The notes under the pieces are model-generated. The model was not told where the DNA came from. It searched no databases and worked only from the letters and a program-made list of their open reading frames with translations. Source: Candidatus Odinarchaeota archaeon (GTDB lineage Archaea; Asgardarchaeota; Odinarchaeia; Odinarchaeales; Odinarchaeaceae). From it: a stretch of DNA of 32,000 bases. Within the stretch, counting starts at the first letter, position 1. Each line of letters starts with the position of its first letter. Both the position numbers and the translations under genes were made by a program. Below are positions 1-8,260 of this stretch, in pieces. Location of the stretch: assembly GCA_016839265.1 (NCBI GenBank), contig JAEOUO010000003.1:30001-62000 (forward strand), read 5' to 3'.

Positions 1-140
1 GCTATAAGCCAGATTACAGGTCCAGGAGTATTAGATTTCACTTCAACTGTTATAATATTCCGTTGAATAAGAAGAGAAGACGCTTTAGGAAGATTGATAA
101 TGCTTATTTTAATCTTGTTAACCGGATTAGTAGTTGACAT
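1..140 (-). CDS. 5' part of a CDS running off the window start; possibly succinylglutamate desuccinylase/aspartoacylase (M14-like) family
   Basis: My translation from ATG at 140 gives MSTTNPVNKIKISIINLPKASSLLIQRNIITVEVKSNTPGPVIWLIA, open to the window edge. 'PGPVIWLIA' resembles the strand preceding the HGDE motif of AstE/AspA proteins, but that motif lies outside the window. Confidence 0.4.
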   Translation of the reverse strand, partial: MSTTNPVNKIKISIINLPKASSLLIQRNIITVEVKSNTPGPVIWLI

Positions 141-172
141 AGAAATCATTAAACATAGTAATAATAAATAAG

Positions 173-700
173 TTAATAGTCTAAACCTTCAATAGTTTCC
201 CTGTCATGTTTATAGTGATGATGAATCTCCTTCATCTCAGTTATAATATCTGAAATATTTTTCACTTCATCAGTTATTTTACCACCTGTTAAAATCACGT
301 GCATATCACCGCGTCTACTGAGAATTTCTAAAAGCTTTCTGGTAGAGACCATATTATATTCTATAGCGTATAGGATTTCATCTAAAATAAGCATATCACA
401 TTTATTATTTTTAATAATTTCCTCTATCTGGCTCATGCAATTTTCTATATCCTCGATGTAAGGTTTAGGATCGCTTCCAGGTATGAAAAATTCAGGTCTC
501 CCGCATAAGTGAACTTCAATATTATCACAGTTTCGTTGAAAATAAATGTACTCGCCTACATTTTTACGTCCTTTAAGAAAATGAAAGATGATAACTTTCC
601 GGTCCTGACCGGCTGCTCTCACAGCATGCCCTAAAGCAGCGGTGGTTTTACCATCCCCCTCCCCATAATAGGTTATTACTCTGCCCCCGCCGTTTCTCAT
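173..700 (-). CDS. cobA: ATP:cob(I)alamin adenosyltransferase, CobA/CobO/BtuR family
   Basis: Inverted P-loop YYGEGDGKTTAALGHAVRAAG, LILDEI motif, and C-terminal HVILTG...SDIITEM...H...G-DY pattern typical of BtuR/CobO. Start abuts the nrdJ stop (700/701). Confidence 0.9.
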   Translation of the reverse strand: MRNGGGRVITYYGEGDGKTTAALGHAVRAAGQDRKVIIFHFLKGRKNVGEYIYFQRNCDNIEVHLCGRPEFFIPGSDPKPYIEDIENCMSQIEEIIKNNKCDMLILDEILYAIEYNMVSTRKLLEILSRRGDMHVILTGGKITDEVKNISDIITEMKEIHHHYKHDRETIEGLDY

Positions 701-3700
701 TCAACCGCACCTTCCGTAACCGCAACTAGGGCATATAATACACCCCTCCTGGTTAACAAGTTCACTTCCACAGGTAGGGCATCTCTCCGGTTTCACCTGA
801 GGCTGTGAAGAAGTCTCCTCTGGTAAAGGCTCTATGTTAAGAACCTGAGCTTCCCTGCTTCTATCCCGGTAAACGGTTATACCTTTACATCCTAATTCGT
901 AAGCTTTAAAGTATATCAGCTCCACATCGTGAGGTGTCGCGTTAAACGGTAAATTAACTGTTTTAGAAACAGCGTTATCCGTGTATTTCTGAAAAGCCGC
1001 CTGCATACGCACATGCCATATAGGGTCAATATCGTGAGCGGTAACAAATATACGTCGAACATCTTCAGGTATATTCTGAAACCTGCTTATCGAACCGTGT
1101 TTAGCGATTGTTTTCATAAGCTCATCGGAGTAAAATCCGCGTTGCCTTGCAACTCTCTCGAAAATCGGGTTTATTTCAATAAGTTCAGTGCCCTCCATAA
1201 CACGGCGAATATAGCTTATAGCGAATATAGGTTCAATACCGCTACTGCAACCTGCGATAATGCTTATACTACCTGTAGGAGCGATCGTGGTTACAGTAGC
1301 GTTTCGAATAGGAGGTTCACCTCTCTGATCGTATATGCTGCCTTTAAAGTTCGGGAAAGACCCGCGTTTCTCAGCTAAAGCTCTAGAGGCTTTATGACCC
1401 TCCTCGTTAATAAATTTCATAACCTGCTCCGCTACTTGTAAAGCTTCTTCACTATTATAAGGTATTCCAAGCTCGATTAACATGTCAGCGAATCCCATTA
1501 CCCCTAAGCCGATTTTCCGATTCGCTTTAGTCATTTTCTCTATTTCCGGAAGCGGGTATTTATTAATATCAATTACATTATCTAGAAAGTGGACGGCTTC
1601 CCAAACCGTTTCCTTTAAAGATTCGAAGTCTATTTTACCATCTTTAACAAATTTGGATAAGTTAATACTCCCTAAATTACAGCTTTCAAAAGGTAGTAGA
1701 GGCTGCTCACCGCAGTTATGAACGTAAAAACCATTTGCGTCAAAAGCGTTTATTCCAGGAATATTAACATCGTAAACTTCTTCTATACCGCTCGGCGTTA
1801 TCTCTTCTACTGTAACGATAAAACGTTCCCTATTCATTTTTCTCTTATAGGAGTTTATAGCTTTCTCAAGTTTCATCATTTTATCAAGGTTTCCAAATTT
1901 AATTCGCTCATAGTAATAGAGAATATTATCTTTAGAGATAATCAATTCATGTTTAGGTTTATGTAAACGTTCCTCTGATTTATTTTCTCCATTAAACGCT
2001 TTTGAAAACTTTACATTTCCTTGATTCACGTAAATTTTTGAGAATATACCAAGCCTTAAAAGAATACGTTGAACAGTTTTTAAAGTATCCAAATTATTTT
2101 TAGCCAACCGTATAGTAACACCTTTAGATGAATCACCCTGCACTGAGCCGTCTACGTCAAATAAAGCTTGAAGTAAACCTATGCAAAAATTTGATGAAGC
2201 GTTCTCCATTCTTTCTGTGATAGTTTTCATTTCAGGGTTAAATCCGAGCTCCAATGTTAATCTATCTAAGTAGTTGAAGGGTGTGAGATAACCTGTATTG
2301 TTTCCTGTTTTCAGCGAGTTATTGAACGCGGAGTCATCGGGGGGAGTGTTTACATAGGCGAAGGCTAAAGCGCTAATTGTTTTAAAATCTTTTATATCAC
2401 TCTGTGACATTGAATTCTCTTTATCTTCGCGAGTTAAGCTGTCAGCTAAAAGTAAGCCGATTAGATAACCGTCGCCTTTACTATATTTTCCCGTCCATCC
2501 GTTAAAATACCGGTGATTATTCAATAAAACTTTGTCACCCGGTTTCAGGTTTCCTATAGGCGTCCACACTGTTTCAACAGCATATTTCTTCACATCCTTC
2601 ACTTTCATAACAGGGTGATCTTTTGTAAGGTTTAATTCAAAGCCTTCTTTAGTTTTTAACCTATAAACAGGTTTATGCCCGGTGGAGAAGAATCCTTCTG
2701 CTGAAGAAAACCATTTTTCACCGTTAACGATAGCTGTGAATTTTCTACCGCAAAGATCTTTAACCTGCAGCGGTCCGTCACTTGTAGTAATCCATGTATC
2801 TGCGGTTACACACGGATTCGTACTCTCTATTTTACCTATATGCGGAGTAGGATTAAACTGGTTTATTCTGTCTATGAAAACCACTCCCGGCTCCCCGTTT
2901 TTCCAAGCCATGGTGACGATTAAATCAAAGACTTTTCTAGCTGGGAGAGTTTTAACAACTTTACCGGTTCTAGGGTTTATCAACGAGTATTCGCTATTGT
3001 TTTTAACAGCCTCCATGAACTCGTCTGTGATAGCTACGGAAATATTAAAATTATTTAACACATTGTTGCGTTCTTTAGCTGTGATGAATTCTAGAATATC
3101 AGGATGATCTACTCTTAGTATGCCCATATTAGCGCCTCTGCGTTTTCCACCCTGTTTCACAACATCTGTTGTAGCGTCGAAAACTCTCATAAAAGATAGA
3201 GGACCTGATGCGATTCCCCCCGTGGATTTAACTACATCCCCTTTAGGTCGAAGCTTTGAAAAAGAGAATCCGGTTCCGCCTCCTGAACGATGAATTAACG
3301 CCGTATATTTCACAGCGTCGAAAATACTCTCCATAGAGTCTTCAATAGGGATCACGAAACAGGCGGATAATTGGCCTAGCTCTAAGCCGGCGTTCATAAG
3401 AGTAGGCGAGTTAGGGAGAAAACGGAAGCTTGTCATTAAATTATAGAATTTTTCTTCAACAGTTTTTATATCAGCTTTTTTATCGTATAGTTTATCAGCT
3501 TCAGCTATTGCTTTCGCTACACGTCTGAAAAGCTGAGCTGTAGACTCTATAACACGCCCGTTTTCATCTTTACGCAGATATCTGTTAGCTAAGACTTTAA
3601 CAGCGTTTAAAGGAAGTTTAAGCTCGTCTGTGACGCCTAAAAGCATTTTAGCTTCTCGAAGCTCTTTTCTCTTTTGACGGTATAAAATATAAGCTTTAGC

Positions 3701-3943
3701 TGTTTTAGCCTGCCCCTCCTCTATGAGAACAAGCTCCACAATATCTTGAACATCTTCAACGTGAGGGATCCTAGTTTTAAAAGATTTTTCAAGTATTTCA
3801 ACAACTTTATCCGAAAGTTTTTGAGCTATCTGGTAGTCTCCCTCTCCGACAGCTTGCAGTGCTTTAAATATTGCGTTAGTGATCTTAGATTGATCGAATG
3901 GGACTTCTCTACCGTCTCGTTTTATAATCTTGCTTATAGGCAT
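701..3943 (-). CDS. nrdJ: Adenosylcobalamin-dependent (class II) ribonucleotide reductase with N-terminal ATP cone, one intein and C-terminal Zn ribbon
   Basis: ATP cone (IIKRDGREVPFDQSKI), FLPNSPTLMNAG, LSACFV, SGGGTG, GGKRRGANM, TNP|CGEQ split by the intein, CNLGSINL, TIAPTGSIS, SKTVN, and C-terminal CPTC...CPSC. Confidence 0.96.
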   Translation of the reverse strand: MPISKIIKRDGREVPFDQSKITNAIFKALQAVGEGDYQIAQKLSDKVVEILEKSFKTRIPHVEDVQDIVELVLIEEGQAKTAKAYILYRQKRKELREAKMLLGVTDELKLPLNAVKVLANRYLRKDENGRVIESTAQLFRRVAKAIAEADKLYDKKADIKTVEEKFYNLMTSFRFLPNSPTLMNAGLELGQLSACFVIPIEDSMESIFDAVKYTALIHRSGGGTGFSFSKLRPKGDVVKSTGGIASGPLSFMRVFDATTDVVKQGGKRRGANMGILRVDHPDILEFITAKERNNVLNNFNISVAITDEFMEAVKNNSEYSLINPRTGKVVKTLPARKVFDLIVTMAWKNGEPGVVFIDRINQFNPTPHIGKIESTNPCVTADTWITTSDGPLQVKDLCGRKFTAIVNGEKWFSSAEGFFSTGHKPVYRLKTKEGFELNLTKDHPVMKVKDVKKYAVETVWTPIGNLKPGDKVLLNNHRYFNGWTGKYSKGDGYLIGLLLADSLTREDKENSMSQSDIKDFKTISALAFAYVNTPPDDSAFNNSLKTGNNTGYLTPFNYLDRLTLELGFNPEMKTITERMENASSNFCIGLLQALFDVDGSVQGDSSKGVTIRLAKNNLDTLKTVQRILLRLGIFSKIYVNQGNVKFSKAFNGENKSEERLHKPKHELIISKDNILYYYERIKFGNLDKMMKLEKAINSYKRKMNRERFIVTVEEITPSGIEEVYDVNIPGINAFDANGFYVHNCGEQPLLPFESCNLGSINLSKFVKDGKIDFESLKETVWEAVHFLDNVIDINKYPLPEIEKMTKANRKIGLGVMGFADMLIELGIPYNSEEALQVAEQVMKFINEEGHKASRALAEKRGSFPNFKGSIYDQRGEPPIRNATVTTIAPTGSISIIAGCSSGIEPIFAISYIRRVMEGTELIEINPIFERVARQRGFYSDELMKTIAKHGSISRFQNIPEDVRRIFVTAHDIDPIWHVRMQAAFQKYTDNAVSKTVNLPFNATPHDVELIYFKAYELGCKGITVYRDRSREAQVLNIEPLPEETSSQPQVKPERCPTCGSELVNQEGCIICPSCGYGRCG
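1715..2812 (-). mobile_element. Intein (366 aa) with LAGLIDADG-type endonuclease region, inserted in nrdJ at NP|CGEQ
   Basis: Starts CVTADTWI (Cys1 codon 2812-2810) and ends NGFYVHN (Asn codon 1717-1715), followed by Cys+1. LAGLIDADG-like blocks are YLIGLLLADS and LLQALFDVDGSV. Confidence 0.93.
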
Positions 3944-3948
3944 CTTTT

Positions 3949-3954
3949 ACCTCC
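3949..3954 (-). promoter_or_regulatory. Shine-Dalgarno site of nrdJ
   Basis: GGAGGT lies 5 nt upstream of the ATG at 3943 on the minus strand. Confidence 0.7.
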
Positions 3955-4024
3955 GGTAATTATGATAATAAAAATAATAATAGTTCAGCGTATAATGTGT
4001 ATCGGATAAGTTATAAGTTTTTTC

Positions 4025-4729
4025 TTAAACAGTCTTAGATTTTTTCAAAGAAACTTTAAACTCACAGAAAGGTTTATCTTCACTTCTCCTGTTCATAATT
4101 AAAATATCTATAAAGCCGATGCGTTTTGCAATTTCAGCGATGTATACATCTGATAATATTCTGCAAATAGAGTCGAAGAAGGGGAGATTGTGTTCTAGAA
4201 AGGGACATGTATATAATCTTATAGTGAAAGAGTCAGCGGTTTCTTCGACAATCTCAGGCATTGGCGCATATTCTTGAAATCGTTCTAAGAAAACTCTTTC
4301 CTTTAAATCTTTTAAATCCCAGTTACTGAATTCTTTAATATTAAACCCTGATAAAAGAGTGTGAGCTAGTTGTTGAGCCATAAAATTATAAAATTCTAAA
4401 AGTTTGTTTGAATCCTTGAAAAAATCTTGAATAGATGTGAAAAAAATTTTTTGGAGAAACGCATAGTTTCTAGTTGTTAAAGATGTTTCTAAAATATCGG
4501 AGTTAACACCGTAGACAACGCTAGGCCGCCCCACTAAACTGAACCTGTTTAACCGTTTACAAACTAAACCTGAACGCTCCAGTTCGCTTATATGATGGCG
4601 AACAGTGATAGGCTTCAAATTAGTTAGTTTAGAGATTTCTTCAATAGACATTTGACGTTGACGGAGAAGATTATAAATATTATAACGGGTTTCACATGAT
4701 AAAGCTTTAAATTTTTCTACGATAGGCAT
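4025..4729 (-). CDS. ArsR/wHTH transcriptional regulator with C-terminal Cys-containing (V4R/SufR-like) ligand or metal-binding domain
   Basis: Likely start MPIVEKFKALSCETRYNIY (ATG 4729). HTH MSIEEISKLTNLKPITVRHHISELERSGLV, GRP motif, and C-terminal YTCPF...ICR...PFCEF. The ORF-track extension to 4930 overlaps a separate small gene. Confidence 0.75.
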   Translation of the reverse strand: MPIVEKFKALSCETRYNIYNLLRQRQMSIEEISKLTNLKPITVRHHISELERSGLVCKRLNRFSLVGRPSVVYGVNSDILETSLTTRNYAFLQKIFFTSIQDFFKDSNKLLEFYNFMAQQLAHTLLSGFNIKEFSNWDLKDLKERVFLERFQEYAPMPEIVEETADSFTIRLYTCPFLEHNLPFFDSICRILSDVYIAEIAKRIGFIDILIMNRRSEDKPFCEFKVSLKKSKTV

Positions 4730-4815
4730 TTTAACAAAGCCTCTAAGATTTTTATAATAATTATAATAGTAACTAGAATATAACCATTCAGTAAATCTGT
4801 AAATATTAAAATTAA

Positions 4816-4841
4816 TGAAAAGAATAAAAAATAAAAAAGAA
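4816..4841 (-). terminator. Oligo-T terminator-like tract after the RCKP-type gene
   Basis: Minus strand reads TTCTTTTTTATTTTTTATTCTTTTC immediately after the TAA at 4842. Confidence 0.45.
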
Positions 4842-4946
4842 TTAAGCTTTTCTAGAAATCTGTGTAGAACCGCAGTTTTCGCACTTTTTCGGCTTACACC
4901 GTGCTTCAAAAAGCGCACCACACTTATCACACACGAAAACAGCCAA
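4842..4946 (-). CDS. Small (34 aa) RCKP-type rubredoxin-like/Zn-ribbon protein, missed by the ORF track
   Basis: TTG start preceded by GAGGT. Translation MAVFVCDKCGALFEARCKPKKCENCGSTQISRKA contains CxxC, RCKP and CxxC. Confidence 0.8.
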   Translation of the reverse strand: MAVFVCDKCGALFEARCKPKKCENCGSTQISRKA

Positions 4947-5026
4947 TGAGATAACCTCTTTTAATTTTTATAACAGTTTTATATATACAAGATTTATATT
5001 TAATTTTATCAGTAGGAGGAAGCTCA

Positions 5027-5956
5027 TTGAATATTCTAGTAACAGGAGGCTGCGGGTTCATAGGATCGAATCTAGCTAATACTCTTATAAAAAAAGGTCA
5101 CACAGTTCATGTAATAGATAATTTATCAAACGGGAAACTAGAGAATATTAAAGAATCCGCGGATAAAATAATTTTCTGGAAAGGGGATATAACTGATAAA
5201 AACTATATAAATAAGATAATATCACAGGTTGATGCGGTATATCATCTGGCAGCTCAAATAAGCGTCACAGCTTCTATTAAAGATCCTTTAAAAGATGCGG
5301 CGGTTAATATAGGGGGAACTTTGAATATTCTACAAGCCGCTGCAACATACAGGGTTAAAAAAGTAATCTACTATTCATCTGCAGCCGTCTACGGTGAACC
5401 AGCCTACCTTCCAATCAATGAAAACCATCCTAAAAATCCTTCAAGCCCCTACGGGTTAAGCAAACTTACAGGTGAAAAATACGCGGAATTCTACAGTAAA
5501 TTCTACGGGCTGAACATAATTGTTATAAGACCGTTCAACGTTTACGGTCCTAAACAGGATCCACGTAACCCTTACACAGGAGTCATATCCACTTTTCTAA
5601 ATAAAGCTTTACAGGGCGAAGATATTCCAATCTACGGGGACGGCGGACAATCTAGAGATTTCATATATGTAGAGGATCTAGCAGAATTATCAATTAAAGC
5701 GCTTTCAAAGAATACACCCCAGTTAACTGTTTTAAACGGTGCCTGCGGTGAGAAAACTACGATAAAAAATTTAGCTGAAAAAATAAAAGAGTTAACAGGA
5801 TCCAGTTCAAAAATAATATTTCTACCGAGAAGAGAAGGAGAAATCTATGAAAGCTACGCGGATATATCTGCTGCAAAACAGCTTCTAGATTTTAAACCAG
5901 TTTATAAATTAGAAGATGGTTTAAAAAAACTTATAACCTATTTTAAAAGCGGATAA
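5027..5956 (+). CDS. NAD-dependent sugar-nucleotide epimerase (GalE/PelX-like UDP-hexose or UDP-HexNAc C4-epimerase)
   Basis: TGGCGFIG, HLAAQ, SSAAVYG, YGLSK (YxxxK), RPFNVYGP and RDFIYVED extended-SDR motifs; AGGAGG SD upstream. Confidence 0.9.
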   Translation: MNILVTGGCGFIGSNLANTLIKKGHTVHVIDNLSNGKLENIKESADKIIFWKGDITDKNYINKIISQVDAVYHLAAQISVTASIKDPLKDAAVNIGGTLNILQAAATYRVKKVIYYSSAAVYGEPAYLPINENHPKNPSSPYGLSKLTGEKYAEFYSKFYGLNIIVIRPFNVYGPKQDPRNPYTGVISTFLNKALQGEDIPIYGDGGQSRDFIYVEDLAELSIKALSKNTPQLTVLNGACGEKTTIKNLAEKIKELTGSSSKIIFLPRREGEIYESYADISAAKQLLDFKPVYKLEDGLKKLITYFKSG

Positions 5957-6004
5957 CTTTTATTAACTATTAAAAACTTATATTAGTATAGTAGAGGGGG
6001 GAAA

Positions 6005-7090
6005 ATGTACAGTTCTGAAGATTTAAATCAAGCGGAGAGCTTAGAATTAGAGAATATTTTAAACACAAGTCTAGATATAAAAATATACGATTACCTGGTT
6101 ATACACCGCCACGGTTATTCTATACTAAACGAGAAAATTACATCAACTAAAATAGACTTAGATTTAACATCAGGGTTAATTTCCGCAATAGTTTTAGCTG
6201 CAAAAGAGCTTTTCAACACAGGTAAAGGTTTAAAAACACTAGATTTCGGAAATAACAGCATCGTTTTAAGCTCAGGAGATTACCTGATAATCGGTGCAAT
6301 CACAGAGTTTATAACAAGCGATCTTAAAAAATACTTAAAAGATCTTTTAGAGTATATTGAACGGAAATATATGAATATGCTAGCCGCTTGGATGGGGAAT
6401 CTAGATGAAATCAAAACAGTAACAGATATTATTTCAAAGGCTTTAACCCCCTACATAATTAGCGAAATTAAGTTTAAAAAAGAGCTTAAACCGAAGGAAA
6501 TAAATGAAAACATGTTATTTAACATACGGGAACTTGATAAGATCACTATTAAAAATATCATCGAGTTAGCTGGAGACAGTCTACCTAGTAAAATAAATGA
6601 AGGTAAAATTCTTTCACTCTGCAGAGTTCTATGCAATGATGCGTTAAGCTTCACTGAATTAGAGAGTTTACTCAACATTAATAAAGATATTCTAAAAGAA
6701 GTTCTCTCACGACTATCCAGTTTAGGAGTTCTACGCGTTTATAAGAGAGTTAGTTTAAGGAAACTGTTAACACCTAAAACTAATATTAAAATCGCTACGT
6801 CATCAGATTACGCGTTGAATATTTCGAGAATAGAGAATAAAGATAAAAGAACAGAGGTTGATTTCAAACTCGTGTTAACAGATGATCTTAAAGCGGGTGG
6901 TGCTGTGATAGTCCCTGTTGTATTAGCGATGATTAAAAGCGGTGAAATAATTATCCCGTATTTCCTGAAGAATATTGAAAAATTAAGAGAGATAATCGGT
7001 AAAGATGTTTTAAAAGAAGTGATGAGCAGTCAAGATAACCGTGATATCACGCTTCTAAAAACTATAAAGAAAATGGATTCACTATGGTGA
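6005..7090 (+). CDS. Asgard-type longin/roadblock-like domain fused to a winged-helix domain
   Basis: N-terminal pattern LVIHRHGYSI...DLTSGLISAIVLAAKEL...LKTLDFGNNSIV...LIIGAI...LKDLLEYIERKY...W.GN matches my recollection of Asgard longin-like proteins. wHTH LSFTELESLLNINKDILKEVLSRLSSLGVL follows. Not checked by HMM. Confidence 0.6.
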   Translation: MYSSEDLNQAESLELENILNTSLDIKIYDYLVIHRHGYSILNEKITSTKIDLDLTSGLISAIVLAAKELFNTGKGLKTLDFGNNSIVLSSGDYLIIGAITEFITSDLKKYLKDLLEYIERKYMNMLAAWMGNLDEIKTVTDIISKALTPYIISEIKFKKELKPKEINENMLFNIRELDKITIKNIIELAGDSLPSKINEGKILSLCRVLCNDALSFTELESLLNINKDILKEVLSRLSSLGVLRVYKRVSLRKLLTPKTNIKIATSSDYALNISRIENKDKRTEVDFKLVLTDDLKAGGAVIVPVVLAMIKSGEIIIPYFLKNIEKLREIIGKDVLKEVMSSQDNRDITLLKTIKKMDSLW

Positions 7091-7102
7091 GCGGTGCTTT
7101 AA

Positions 7103-7501
7103 ATGCCTCAAGGAGTCCTCTTAATAGGTTGGAGTGTGGAGGAGGGGCCTGTGATAGAGGCGAAGTATCCGGATTGGCTTCCTGATTTAAGCAGGGAAGC
7201 GATTGCAATATATAATGCGCATAGCGCAGGTTGCAGAAAATGCGGAGCAATGTTTCTCAGCGCACCGAGTGTGAAAGTTGTAAGCTATTACACAGGGTTA
7301 CAGATAAATAAAGTTGTTTCAGTCCTATTGGATAGAGCTGAACGGCCTGATCCGTATATGGAGGCGCTTGAAGGAGTAATAAACGAGTATTTAAAAAATG
7401 GAATAGATTTTAAATATGAAATACTTCCTAAAATATATAGAAAACTTGAGAAAATCGGGAAAGCTCAAACCGCGGTTGATAAAATTATTAAATTATTCTA
7501 A
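7103..7501 (+). CDS. Small uDENN/longin-like Asgard protein
   Basis: Starts MPQGVLLIGWSVEEGPVIEAKYP, matching the 'W-x-x-x-x-GP-x-x-x-x-x-YP' signature of uDENN-like domains, and is the size of a single longin fold. Confidence 0.55.
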   Translation: MPQGVLLIGWSVEEGPVIEAKYPDWLPDLSREAIAIYNAHSAGCRKCGAMFLSAPSVKVVSYYTGLQINKVVSVLLDRAERPDPYMEALEGVINEYLKNGIDFKYEILPKIYRKLEKIGKAQTAVDKIIKLF

Positions 7502-7512
7502 GAGGTTTTTAT

Positions 7513-8241
7513 ATGAGTTTAACAACTGATAGTGTTCGCGTGAAAACCGGGATAAAAGGATTAGATGAGCTTATTAACGGCGGTTTTCCGACTGTAGGCA
7601 CATATCTTGTAACAGGAACCTCAGGAACAGGGAAAACACTTTTCGGAATCGAGTTTATTTATAAAGGTATAATGTTGTACGATGAACCGGGGATATTCAT
7701 TACAATGGATGAACCGCCAGACAAGCTTCGAGCGCATGTGAAAATGTCATTCGGTTGGAATCTTGAGAACCTTGAAAATGAAGGTAAACTAGCGATAGTA
7801 GACGCTATAAGCTCACGGGTTTCAGCTCCTTCAAACGAGAAATATATTCTCCGAAGAGGGGAAATAGATAGCTTACTATATAAAACAGCGAATATAATAG
7901 GAGAGTTAGGAGCTAAAAGAGTTGTACTAGATTCAATAGTATCTTTAGCATACCAGTATGATAGTATTTTCGATTTAAGAAGAGATATTCAAAGACTATG
8001 TTACGGGATAAGCCAGCTTAATTGCACGTTTCTCATAACCACTGAGGTTCCGAGCGGTTCAAACCGTTTAAGCAGATTCGACATAGAAGAGTTTCTAGTA
8101 GACGGAATAATCCTGTTAAAATTAGATAAAGAAAACGACGCTAACACTAGAAAACTGATGATCGTGAAAATGAGAGGAACAGATCATGATATGAAAGAGC
8201 ATATATTCAATATAACTAAAGATGGAATCATCTTAGAGTAA
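7513..8241 (+). CDS. Single-domain KaiC-like (RecA-superfamily) ATPase
   Basis: TGIKGLDELINGG, Walker A GTSGTGKT, Walker B RVVLDS, ITTE, EEFLVDGIILL and KMRGT. Confidence 0.9.
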   Translation: MSLTTDSVRVKTGIKGLDELINGGFPTVGTYLVTGTSGTGKTLFGIEFIYKGIMLYDEPGIFITMDEPPDKLRAHVKMSFGWNLENLENEGKLAIVDAISSRVSAPSNEKYILRRGEIDSLLYKTANIIGELGAKRVVLDSIVSLAYQYDSIFDLRRDIQRLCYGISQLNCTFLITTEVPSGSNRLSRFDIEEFLVDGIILLKLDKENDANTRKLMIVKMRGTDHDMKEHIFNITKDGIILE

Positions 8242-8260
8242 CACTCTATGGGGGTTATTA

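Noticed and set aside
4730-4930. 67-aa N-terminal extension of the regulator in the ORF track
   Set aside because: It is a low-complexity translation of an AT-rich intergenic tract and overlaps the better-supported RCKP microprotein gene in another frame.
7513-8241. Circadian clock KaiC
   Set aside because: Single domain, no Ser/Thr at the cyanobacterial phosphosite position (EEFLVD), and no kaiA/kaiB nearby.
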